DNA from: Phoronis australis
Taxonomy: Eukaryota > Animalia > Phoronida
Reading direction: 5' to 3'
NCBI GenBank assembly: GCA_002633005.1
Contig: NMRA01000338.1
Location: 49,331-113,330, forward strand
DNA: 64,000 bases
Both the position numbers and the translations under genes were made by a program. This document shows positions 13,065 through 24,561 of the stretch, piece by piece (positions within the stretch are counted from its first letter, which is position 1; every line of letters begins with the position of its first letter). Under the pieces are notes generated by a model that was not told where the DNA came from, did no database searches, and was given only the letters and a program-made list of their open reading frames with translations.

Positions 13065-14479
13065 TATAGACTCTATTCACGCGGCGGACATTAAAATCCA
13101 AAACGAGGCTCACTGTGATAAACAAAGCGGAAATTTACATTGCGTGAGTTAATGGCCGGTCTATGGAGTCCAACCTGAATATTAAATCTTAAAAAAATTG
13201 TCAATAATTAACCACAGAGACGTAGAAAAATACAGTTAAAGAACAAGTCAATGCACCAAAGAGTTGTCTGACGAAAGGATATAATAGTTTTTTCCGGAAA
13301 ACTAGGTTCGAAACATTAAAAGTAAACATGACCAAATTGCGGCGATCGTAGTGTTACGGATTAGGTATCATGCTGAATGCAGGGCTACGTTTCTTCTAAT
13401 AAATTCTTGATAAAAATGCTTTCTACACGAACCGGGTCATCTGGTCGTATTGTTGACGAGTTGAAGATATATTCGACAGTGGTGGCTCATAGCCTTTTGC
13501 TGTCATATGCAATTAGTCTCATCTGGTTTAATTTGTTGATCAAGAGTAGGCCTATTAGCTTCAAGCATAGCCTAGGTCCTGGTGAGGTAGGCACTACCGG
13601 GACTAACAGTTGATTTGTCATCGATCTGAAATAATACTTGATGTTATTAAATATATATTTTGATTACGATAAAAAACTAGGCTCGCAATTGAAAATAAAA
13701 ATTATATAACCATCAATTCTGATTTCTTGGTTTTAATAATTACGTCTGTTTCATGTGTTATATTTTTCAAATATCGATCTCGACCAAGATGAATTTTAAA
13801 ATTAAAACACCTAATTCTTTCGCCCAAAGCATAACCTCGTTTTAGAGCTCAATTTCAGTTAACTGGATAGAACACCGTGGCGGATTTAGAGGGGAGCCAA
13901 GGGACTATGCCCCAGCCTCCCCCCTAAATCCGCCTATGATTTTGTACTTTTTCAAATTGTCACCGCTGTGGTCACAGGTGATTTGAACCGTTGGAGAGCA
14001 ATTTTCAATCGACATAGGGGATTTTTAGGCCTCGTGGCCGGGAATTGCGCGTGATTTTTTAATATTTTTGAGAGGGGAATGGAGCCGATATTTGGCCCCA
14101 AATTTGAGGGATTGAGGGCCCTGTCCTTTTTGTAAAGAAAAATGCATCGCGCTTCAACCCATAGTCATGAAAACTCAGCCTGGCTGACCGAAGATTCTCT
14201 GGTCCTCGTTGCTATGGCGGCATCCAGTCCGAGATGCGACAAATTATGATTCGAAAACAGTTATACATTTTACACGGACACATTTTCCTTCGTCGCGGCG
14301 TATGGCAAGGACCCAACGCTTCCGAATCCCAATGTCCTCAGGGATTGTAAAACAGAGTGTCCGTATTTTTTCTAGCTGTTCGAGCAACGCGGAGTACAAC
14401 TACGCGGATAAGCCACCAGAGCTATCGTAGCGAGCCTCGTTTTGGAACGCGCCTCCTGTCGGCGTGAATAGGGTCTATA
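13065..14479. mobile_element. Non-autonomous TIR element with a small GC-rich MITE inserted at about 13876-13940
   Basis: tatagactctattcacg...ccaaaacgaggctc vs gagcctcgttttgg...cgtgaatagggtctata, an inverted match of about 50 bp. Confidence 0.65.
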
Positions 14480-16805
14480 GGCTCTCCCGCGATATCCCGG
14501 GCGACCGGCAGTGGCGCTGCGCACTACGACTCCGTTTCCGTCGTCTGCTTCACTGTGCAATGAAGAAAATTACTTCATTTTTTTAAAGAAAATGGAATCT
14601 GAGTAACAATGAAAAAACAGAAGCTGCTGGTAAGATGTCAATCTTAATCGAAGCCTTATTGAATCACTCAGAAACTCATAATTCTCTCTTTGTCAAACCT
14701 TAAGACGATTTCCAAAGCAATCGCGTCATTAATGCCAACAAAAAACGAGTCTGTGATCATTGCCGTTTTTCATGTTTGACACGTTCCGTTTTTTTCTTTT
14801 CCTTTGCCTTTTTTTCTTGGATAATACTTCAGGAATCAAGGAAAATGCTTGATTTTTAGAGGAAAAACAGAAAAATTTGCTGGACCTCCCCCCATGCGGT
14901 CCTATGCGCATCTAATTGTGCTTTGCACAAATTATTTCAGACGAAGTGTTGCCCCCCCCGTGTGATATCCTAGATCCACCACTGTTTATTGCTTGAAGTA
15001 CTTTGGATTTTTTTCCAAGCTTTCCATCTTTGAACCATTTTTATCATGATACATGCATGCTTTGCTTTAAATACACCTGTGGTATAACTTGCAATTTCTA
15101 TACTTGTATACCAACTCTCCCCAAAGGAAAGAGTACATGTTACTACTTGGAATGGACAATATAAAGTTAGTTCATGTCTTCCAAATTTTAATATCTGATA
15201 AGGTCAGCATGTAGGTTAACAATCTCAGCACACACAATCAAGTAATTACAGGCGCGGGTCCAGGATTTTGAGTTGGGAGGACCAGGGCACAGGAATAATC
15301 ACAATTTCGCCACATGCGCACATCCAGCCTAACATGTAGGGATTTAGGGGGCTCAATTCTTTGGGTTTGTGTACCTTTAAAAAAAGAACGGGTAAACGGG
15401 GTTTGTTCAGCGCTATAAATTGTGCATTCGCCACCCGAGCCCCTTGCGTGCAGGCATATGCCAGTCAACTGTTCACATGCAGACAGCGACGCTTACACGC
15501 AATTCAACTTCACCACTAGTACAGCAGCGACACCGCGTCGAATAGCCCAAATCGTAGTGCGGAATACTGTTTTATTTTAAAAACTGTCACGGAAACAAAG
15601 TATCTTGTTCATTAACCTCCGACACATACTCACGTTACAAATCACCCTCGGATTTGCTCTCACATTGAAGATATTTAAGATTTCAAGATGCGATGTCTTA
15701 TAGTTAAAACCAAAGACGCTAACAAGACTATTCACCAAGGCCGCCGCCATTATTGTGTCATGGACCGTGGCGACACCTAGCGGGTGTGTGTGGGCCGACG
15801 AAGTACGCAAGGCATTCACTATGGCCGATCTTAGTTTGTCAAATTCAAAATTATCAGTGAAATGTCTTTGTTTAAAATATTGAAAACAAAGAACACGAGC
15901 ACTGTAATGGAAAAATACACATAGGCAAAATATAGAGTAAACCAAGAAAAAAATTGGGCAGCAAAGGTAATATAAATTACGAGAAATAAATCATAAGCAA
16001 GAGGGAGACTCAGTAATAAGAGCTGAGCAGATGAAAGTAGGTTATTGGAGAATGTGCAAGAACCGAACATGTAGGATTTTGTCCGGGGGGGTCAGGAATG
16101 TAATAAACATCAAATGTTTCTGCTGAAGAAGAGATAGGAGTGGGGGGTGCCCCTCAACCAATTGAAAGGTTGGGGGCAGAGATAGCTTTCTTCCCCTAAT
16201 ATTCCAGGTGTTAATATCAATTAATTAATAATTAATTATGTAAGCTTTTAACACACAAACTTTGTTTTAAAATAATATGGAGAAATTAGTAGATCTTTCT
16301 TTCGAAAATTCACATCTTAAAGACGTTCTAGATTCAAGCAGTTGTGTCTGTGCCCATTTACATGAAACTGTCCCAAATATCGACCCAACAGGGTCATATC
16401 CAGGATTTTTTAAAGGGGGGGGGTCGGATAATGATTTTTTAAGAAAGGTGGCCCAAATCAACAATTTGAAAATTCTAGCATTGATATCACTACAATCAAG
16501 GAAAATGGGGGGTCCAGACCCCTTTAACGTGCCACACTAGATCTGCCTGTACTCAACTGAGGCATTTTTTTGTTCTTAGCTCACAGTTTTATATTTTACT
16601 ATCATTTTATCTTTATCATTGAGAATTCAACGTAGAAAACTCCCAAAAACGTAGTAGTTTTAGGCAACAGTGGAGTCGCTACTTGGGACTGATTCACTGG
16701 ACCCCAAGCATCCGTGCCCGATGGTATCTGAAATGGGTAGCGCATTGGGGTGGGTTGTGGTGAATGAAACTGGAGGCAAGAGGGGTACGGGTTCCAAACC
16801 TGCAN

Positions 16806-17340
16806 TGTGGCTGTATCTCCTAAACCGTTCGCAGGATCTTTACGAAATTGTGTAAGTATATTTATATGATGTTAACAACAGAACATGACGACTTTTGGAC
16901 GGATCCGACCACCGGTGTGCCCCCTAGTGCCAATTTTAGTTTTTTACGCCTACCTTTGTATCTTCAAAAGTCCTGAACGGATTTTCATGAAATTTGGTAT
17001 GTAAGCACTTATTAGTGAGATGAGGCTATCCTCCCGTTTTCAGTTGGATTTGACATTGTTTGCGCCACCTAGTGGCCATTTTTACTGTTTTTGAGTCTGT
17101 ATTTTTGCGTCCACCCCTCTATCAACCAAACCGCTCAAAGGATGGTTGTGAAAATTGGCATGTATGTGCTTACTATAAAGAAGACAGCTGACAATGATTT
17201 TCAGACGATTTGGATTACTGTGGCGCCTCCTAGTGGCAGTTTTGTTTTTTTGCGCCTATGGCTGTATCTCCTAAACCGTTCGCAGGATCTTTACGAAATT
17301 TAATAAGTGTAATTATATGATGTTAACAACAGACGATGAC
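16806..17340. repeat. Satellite-like array of ~150-bp diverged subunits (Helentron/HINE-like internal repeats)
   Basis: tggctgtatctcctaaaccgttcgcaggatctttacgaaatt recurs about 450 bp apart; each subunit has gaaatt(t)gg and a gcc(a/c/t)cctagtg motif. Confidence 0.7.
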
Positions 17341-18048
17341 CTAGCCTATTGAGGAGACAATGACCATGCCTTTCCATTTTGCAAAGTACAACATACTACA
17401 TATATGTCCTCTACTGGCCACTTTATGGTACCAATAAACAACCCTAGAAGGATACCGTATACGGTGCAATTGTGGGCGCATTTCAACGCTCTGCGTTGCT
17501 CTTGTGGATATTTTTTACTATGCTTTCCAGCTCTCATAAATCACTCACATTTTTAAATCAACTATCAGCAGTTAGTTAAAGGCATATTCAGCCTGCGTTG
17601 GCAGGCCAACTTCATAGTAAATAACATAACGACGCCTTATTTCTTGACTTGATGTTTTAAAACCCATGTCAAAACAAAAATCTAAACAAACAACATCGAC
17701 ACTGAAGTGTAACAAGTTTCCAAGGTAATACACATACCACCGAAGTGTCCACAGATGTATGGCTCAATGTGCCTCTAAAAGAACACTTTCTTCACCACTT
17801 CCTATGGCAAATAATAAAGTAGGTTACCAAACCATAAACATAATAGTTATTATGCACTGAAGTACATATCCTGATCACATTATACAGATCATTGATCAAC
17901 GACAGCCAGGATGTTGACTGTATGGGACCACAAGAAATAATTTAAATAAGTAATAGCAAATAAACAATAATACAGAACGAAATGAAAAAAGTAATTAGAA
18001 GCATCAATGGGCATAGAATAAACTAATCAGTAGTTTCCAAAATCATGC

Positions 18049-18178
18049 NNNNNNNNNNNNNNNNNNNNNNNNNNNNNNNNNNNNNNNNNNNNNNNNNNNN
18101 NNNNNNNNNNNNNNNNNNNNNNNNNNNNNNNNNNNNNNNNNNNNNNNNNNNNNNNNNNNNNNNNNNNNNNNNNNNNNN
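18049..18178. other. Assembly gap (130 N)
   Basis: Run of n. Confidence 1.
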
Positions 18179-18353
18179 TCACTCTTTCCCATTATTGCAG
18201 CTAAGTAATAACCCTTCGGAGTAATGTTGCTTTGGAATAACACCTGATTGATATGTTTTTCAAGTAATGACCCTTCGGACTATAGGTCCTTCAAAGTACA
18301 ATGAATGCCCGTCACAGTAAAGACCTAACTAAACCCATACTAGTCTACTGAAC

Positions 18354-18499
18354 CAGTGCTGTAGTGGGGCGTAGGCGCAGCCAACCACCTTTTGGCATTT
18401 GAAAGTAGCGCCTACGCACCGTAAGTTACTTTCAGTGCTCAATATGATACGGTGGGCTTTAGGCGCCGACTTACCTCTAATTTTACCACTACAGCACTG
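18354..18499. mobile_element. hAT-type mini-MITE
   Basis: TIR CAGTGCTGTAGTGG / CCACTACAGCACTG; flanks tactgaac / tactggaac approximate an 8-bp TSD. Confidence 0.7.
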
Positions 18500-20733
18500 T
18501 ACTGGAACAAGTTAACATCACAGCATTTCTCTTTAGCAGGTCCTCACACTTGCTGTTTATCACCTATCTCTTGGATCTGAAAGTATAAACACTGAAGTGA
18601 ATTGAAGAAGTGAAAGAAATTACAGTTTAGATCCAATCATAGAATAGAAACACAAGTTATCAGTAGGCCCTAAGCCATGAAACACATGCAGGACAATTTC
18701 GGTTATAGTTTGATAGGTGGGTCCCTCACTCAAAATTCATTTGAGAACCAGTTACTACCACTGAATAACGGGCGTAATTCATTGGGAGTAACTGGCTCTA
18801 AAATCAAATACTTAGTACCCATCATCCCGGCCATATGTAACGGATTACCACAATTTTGCTTTGAGTAATCAAATAAAACTTTGAAACTTAAAGGTAAGAC
18901 AAGTTCAAATCACTCTACCAACATCAATGGTTGACAGGCAGCATTTTCACAAAAAGAATTCTTTGTATCACTCGTATATCTCACCTGTCTTTATCAGTGG
19001 GGAGTGCAAGTCCCGGTTTTTCTGCAGCGCCAAAAGCTCCTCTGACCCTCTTTTTAGGGACTGCAGCCGGCATATCTTGTTTTGAAGTTACTTGACACAG
19101 CACTACCCTCAGAGGTATTAACTATGGGAAATCTATATGAACTACATGATCAGATAAAATATCTTGTCTCTGTGACCACTGACCACGAGTATCAGCCATA
19201 TTCCTTTTTTCCCACACACACCCGCTAGACGTCTCTACGGTCCATGGAACAACAATGGCCGCCAGTGGCCGTCCAATAGGATTTCGCTAGGTGAAACGTC
19301 TCCCTCTCTACGGTCTCTGTTAAAACCGTGAAGATTCAAATTTGTAGCAAGCGCCACCTAATGACTTCCTGACGAACTGTGTGTACAAGTAAAATCGGGA
19401 AAAGTAACAATTTGTAAATAAATTGCGGTTTTAAAGAAAACTCCACAACTGATGTATTCAAAAACAAGTGTGAACATATAAAACATTCCTAGTAATTTCA
19501 AATATTACGCAATTGTTACTTGATGTTGAAATAAACAAATAATAAAAACTGCGTCACTTGTTTTATTTGGGTAACGACAATGCTGTGGAGGCACAGAACA
19601 GTTCTCACTGGGTTTTGCCTAGCAAAACACACATCACTTGATTTGTAACCTTTTCTTCACTCTGTCAAAAACAGGATGCAAAGAATGGCATGTTTTCAAT
19701 TATTTTACATAAAAAGCCCAGCAGATGAGCACAGAAACTTTATTCTTTTTTGTATTTTTGACCATTTCATTCCCACTGAAAACCAAGCTAGACTAAGAAA
19801 AATAAGGGCAAAAAATGCAAAATCGGCACTTTTCACCCGAAAAACACCACTTCCCTGCCGATGCACGACTAAAACCAACATTAGAGTCTGAAAGCAAATT
19901 TCCTACTGATTCAGAAAATGTGGTCCAAAAGTACTGTCAACCAACTAGTTTTTTGGCAATTCTTGCTTGTTTGAGGGCTACCTAAAATCACAGCCAATTT
20001 CTCGGTCGCTACCCAACAATGCACAATTGCAGCCGGGGGCCGCCATCTTGAAGACGAGTGCAGCTACAGCCAAGAACGTGGTCTTTTTTTATTCACAGCA
20101 TGTTCACAAATACAAACAAACCACATTCACTGAGCCTACGTGCAATGCCCACCTACAAAATGCCCCCAAACTTGGCCTACCCCAAAATTTCTATATTTTG
20201 GCAGTGCAAATTGGCCGCGGCCGCAGCCTAACTATTCAGTGCCACCTGTGGGGTTTCCCAGGGTTTCTTGTGTCGTCCCAAGGGGTGGACGATTTGCTCT
20301 ACCAGAGACGCAAAAATGGCATGATGTTAAATATTTTCCAAGGTGACAGCAAAACAGAACGAATGTTTCCGTTGTGGGCACCGTGAGGTGTGTCGGCCTA
20401 TTACCCAGAACTCAGACGTCGGTGGCCTTAATCTTCAGTACACATGAACTGAACGTAAAATACGATTTAAAGGCGAAGGCAACTTTTTCCATGTCATTTG
20501 AGCTAAAATAAGGTTGGTTGGTTATCCTAGACATATTTTCCACTTAATTACAGCTTTTCGTAATTTTATTAATTACTCGTCCGCTACTGCGGAAGTGACG
20601 TTTTAGGAGGCAAGCATTTCGCGCCAATTTCTTTTCATATAATCTGACTGTGAGAGCTGCCGAGTCAGTCATTGTTCTACCTCGGTTGTGTTAAGTTCCG
20701 TCCTCGTTTGCTTTCATTTACTAGTCAGTCAAC

Positions 20734-21493
20734 ATGCCACACTGTTGCTGCGTACCGGAATGTACTATTTATCGGCTCACGCGCGCTTTGGGAGTACCTT
20801 TGCATCGCTTTTCGATGGATAACACACTTTGCCGTACTTGGCTTGTTCGTGTGAAGAACGCAGCGTTACCCGTCCACGCAACGTACAAAGCAGTGGAGAA
20901 TTACCGTGTGTGCGGCAAGCACTTTCTGCCCTCCGTTACGAAAGGGATTTGTACGCTGAACTGATGAAGGGCTGCGAAACAACGCCTGAAGAAGGATGCC
21001 ATTCCGTCTGTGTTGATTCCCGGCAGTGCCCCGTCGCCACCCCTGAGAAGTGCGTTTTTGAAGCGAGAATCCTCGCGAGCTGTGGCCAGTACAGTGACTG
21101 GAGCCAGTGGAGGCACTTCATCTACTGTCACCCGTGCCTCCGAACGTACCCCAGAGCGTGCAATTCCTGGAACCAGTAGTGATTCGCCCTGTGTTGTTTT
21201 CTCCAGCTCAGAGCCTCTAAGCAGCCCTGCAACGATATTGAGTAGTGGGAGTGATTACAGGCCCAGTTCGACACCCAGTGAAGAGGACAGTTTGTCGTTC
21301 AGTGAACAGATCGGTGAGCCAAACTTTGATAAGTTTATTGTGGACTTGTCTATTTAGAAGTTGCCAGGTGTGTGGCGAGAGAGTCACACGACACGATGTA
21401 AGCAGTTTGGGTGCTCAGGTCACCATCCAGTGGGAGTGTGTCGCGGGACACTCTGGCAAGTGGGACAGTTGTTCCTCTGTCCGTGGTATGCTG
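20734..21493 (+). pseudogene. Kolobok transposase N-terminal fragment (THAP domain and following Cys/His region), frameshifted and truncated
   Basis: MPHCCCVPEC...LHRF...W...RVCGKHF, then YERDLYAELM and RLKKDAIPSV in shifted frames, then CQVCGE...VTIQWECVAGHSGKWDSC. No DDE core. Confidence 0.8.
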
Positions 21494-21494
21494 G

Positions 21495-21708
21495 TCCACT
21501 TAACCATGTCCTGTAGTGGCTTGGCCTCGTCGAACTCTGAACAGCACAAGCATTCCTTTGAGGTAGGCATAACAACGCACACAGTGCATTTGCACCAAGA
21601 TGCGTCACCACGTCTGTCCTCAGTAGCCGCCTCGTTTCTCTCAACAGCTGCTGGTGCCTGTGCGTACTCTGCCTCGTTATACTCGGGCTCAAACATGTAC
21701 CCACCCAC
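21495..21708 (-). pseudogene. Kolobok accessory protein (KolX-like; P2X7 cytoplasmic ballast/nanor-like Cys-rich domain), N-terminal fragment
   Basis: GYMFEPEY...RRGDASWCKCTVCVVMPTSKECLCCSE matches the YxFEP / WCxCxxC...ExLCC pattern of P2X7-ballast/nanor-like proteins. Confidence 0.75.
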
Positions 21709-22868
21709 TGAATGTCCGTGAAAAAATTCCTCGTCACCACTACAATCCCTAAATCCAACGTAGTTGAGTTCTCTACTAACCTATCTTGCCGCAGAATACT
21801 CGCCGATGGAAAGTGGTGGCGACAATTGTTGAAAAACAGCACAAAACAAAAGTAGAATAGAACAGATTCGCACGGTAAAGTCAACGCAAAACCCAGTGGC
21901 GGGAAACGCTTGCCTCCTAAAACGTCACTTCCGGAGTAGCGGACGACTAATTAATAAAATTACGAAAAGCTGTAATTAAGTAGAAAATATGTCTAGGATA
22001 ACCAACCCACCTTATTTTGGCTCAAAATGACATGGAAAAAGGTTGCCTTCGCCTTTAAGCTCAGGAAAGGCAGCCGACGTGCACGCAATTAAGGCTAATC
22101 AAGTCGGGACTTGGAAACAAGGCGGGACATTGCAATACGCTGTCTAGAGTCATCATGGTAACAGTCGAAGTGGAAAAAACAGTTGTCATTCGTCATAATT
22201 AGCTGTTTCATGACTTAAAACTCCAGCTTGAATCGTGTTTCAGTGCGTTCATAACATAAGATCTTAGTGACTAAAGAAGCTGAAGACCACCATAAAATTG
22301 AGGTCTGTCTACTCGGCCGACAATCCTCACGGTGACCACGACGAAAGCATTTGTTCTGTAATTTCATTTTGTGGTCAGCTTGGACAGTATTCAACGTCAT
22401 ACCATTTTGCGCCTCTGATAGTGCAAATTCTTGGTAATTGCATGCACTTCTCACATTTCTTAAAACGACACGGGAATCCCTGAGAAACCCAACCATCTTT
22501 GTTGTTTCCCTAATAAAACAAGGCACACTTTTCACAATTCATTTATTTCACTATCAAATAACAATTGCGTAATATTTGGAATTACTAAGATGTTTATGTG
22601 TTCACACGTGTTTTTAAGTGTATTGGTTTTGTGGCGTTTTCTTTAAAACCGCAATTTATTTACACAGTATTTCTTTTCCTGATTATACTTGTACACACAT
22701 AGATCGCCAGGAAGTCCACTAGGTGGCACTTGCTACGAATTTGAATATTCACTGTTTTAATGAGACATAGCACCTTTCATCATTCCGTTCAGCACACTCT
22801 TGTTTTCGAAACGCTGTTATTGGCAGTTAGCCGGTACTGCTGTGTGAAGTTTCTTCTTAATTATTGTG

Positions 22869-23089
22869 CATGTGCGGCGCACCATAGGGGGCTGGGGGGC
22901 TATAGGCCCCCATTTTTTTCAGTGCTACGCCGCACATGGTCTACAGGCAGTGCACCACAGGGAGAGCTGAGGGGGCCTTAGCCATCCACTTTTTTCAGTG
23001 CTACGCCGCACATGGTCTATAGGCGGTGTACCACAGCGAGGCTGAGGAGGCCTTAGTCCCCCACCTTTTTCAGTGCTGCGCCGCCCATG
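22869..23089. repeat. Tandem array of about 3 copies of a ~75-bp unit derived from a mini-MITE; related single copy at about 44368-44465
   Basis: Repeated ttttttcagtgctacgccgcacatg; the first unit has the TIR catgtgcggcg/cgccgcacatg. Confidence 0.75.
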
Positions 23090-23518
23090 TTGTGTTGTGC
23101 ATAATTGTGATGCATGTATAATATTTAAGTCACCGTCTTGGTCGATATTACAACGATTATTTTATCTTAGATAAAGGGCCGAAATATTCACCAACATGTA
23201 GCGTAGGCTTCCTACGTTTCAAGGCTAGAGATCTCAAAACATTATTTTTGAATACCAAGTCACCTTCACGATTTTTATAGCAACCATTTCTTCACTTAGA
23301 ATTTAAAGGTAGAATGCATGTGTCTATAAAAGTTGTATTTTACCATCGTCAGGTCGAAATTTGGGTAATGCTTTTTGTTATTTACGCAACAAATAAGTAA
23401 AAATATAACAATGCAGACAACAGTAATATGACACGGAAATATTAGAGAACCCTTAAGAAAATACGATGAATACTTTCAGTCAACCAGTTGAGTGAATAAT
23501 ATGTAGAAAATTTATTCA

Positions 23519-24168
23519 CGGATTAAGTTGGCTACGTTGCGTCCTCCTCTCGCGGGCAGGCTACTGAGATGTCACGTGACTCATCATGTGATCGACAGCG
23601 CAGTTTGCGCGGAATACTCTTTAGTGACCTATCCCACGTTCTTGGCAACAGAAACCGCTGGCCCCCTTGTCTGTTTAGCTAGGATTCTCCACTCGTTCGT
23701 ATGTTGCTTCCTTGAACTCTCTCCTGAACCCGTGACTTTTCTTATCTATCCAGAATTGTGACATCATCCAGGGAGAAAGAGTGGTCCGTAGCAGCTATAT
23801 GACTGTAAACCGCCGAATCACAGCAGTACCCGTAACTGGGTCTGCGATGTTGACTGATCCGATTTTCAGGGCTTGTTTGGTTTCCCCAATATACGCTTCC
23901 TCACACCCTGGATCCGAGAACGAAATACCATGCACCACATTTGATTTTTTCTCTCGTGGTCTTATCTTTCACATTCATTAGCTGACTCCATAAAAATTGG
24001 TTCAGGAGACGAGAATCCTAGCTTAAACAGACAAGGGGGCCTGAGGTTTTTGTTGCCAAGAACGTGGGATAGGGCACTAAAGAGTATCCCGCTCAAACTG
24101 TGCTGTCGATCACATGATGAGTCACGTGACATCTCAGAGGAGGACGCAACATAGCCAACTCAAGCCGT
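23519..24168. mobile_element. MITE with well-conserved inverted repeats of about 160 bp
   Basis: 23519-23690 is the reverse complement of 24010-24168 (e.g. tgagatgtcacgtgactcatcatgtgatcgacagc). The true ends may extend further. Confidence 0.8.
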
Positions 24169-24561
24169 AAGTATAGTAATTGATTTAATTTTCTACAAAC
24201 CCCTAAGAAAACGTCCAGAGCACTATTATCCTCAAAACGAAAATGTGTTCATAACCGTCATAGAAATTGAACAATGATATCTTTTCTTTAGGAGAAATTG
24301 TCAATTTTGGTCGTTACCATAGAAACCATCCGCTGTGCCACTAAACATTAGCCTTAAAATTAACAGCCTACATTGTATGTCCTTTAAGCTGGTTTTACAT
24401 AAATTGCCCTCAGTTATGTTCTTTTCACTTATACCTGAATTCATGGTGCACTCTATATTGGACTGTTGTTAATAATTTGAAAAATCGTCGTTTCCACGAT
24501 ACTGTATTCTAACGTGTCAGTCTGTACACTAGCAATTTTAATTTTTAAGTGATAAAACACG

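Larger units (their letters stand above)
20471..22054 (+). mobile_element. Internally deleted Kolobok DNA transposon
   Basis: TTAA on both sides (20467-20470, 22055-22058); AG...CT termini; TIRs of about 155 bp (20471-20626 / 21897-22054); THAP transposase 5' fragment plus a convergent Cys-rich ORF. Confidence 0.88.
19324..22756. mobile_element. Older non-autonomous TTAA-flanked element (Kolobok-like MITE) hosting the inner Kolobok
   Basis: Imperfect inverted repeats of about 250 bp (19324-19570 vs 22500-22756); TTAA at 19320-19323 and 22757-22760; AA...TT termini. Confidence 0.75.

Noticed and set aside
20471-22054. piggyBac or P-element assignment
   Set aside because: piggyBac ends are typically CC...GG and lack THAP; P elements make 7-8-bp TSDs. 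TTAA plus AG...CT ends plus THAP fits Kolobok.
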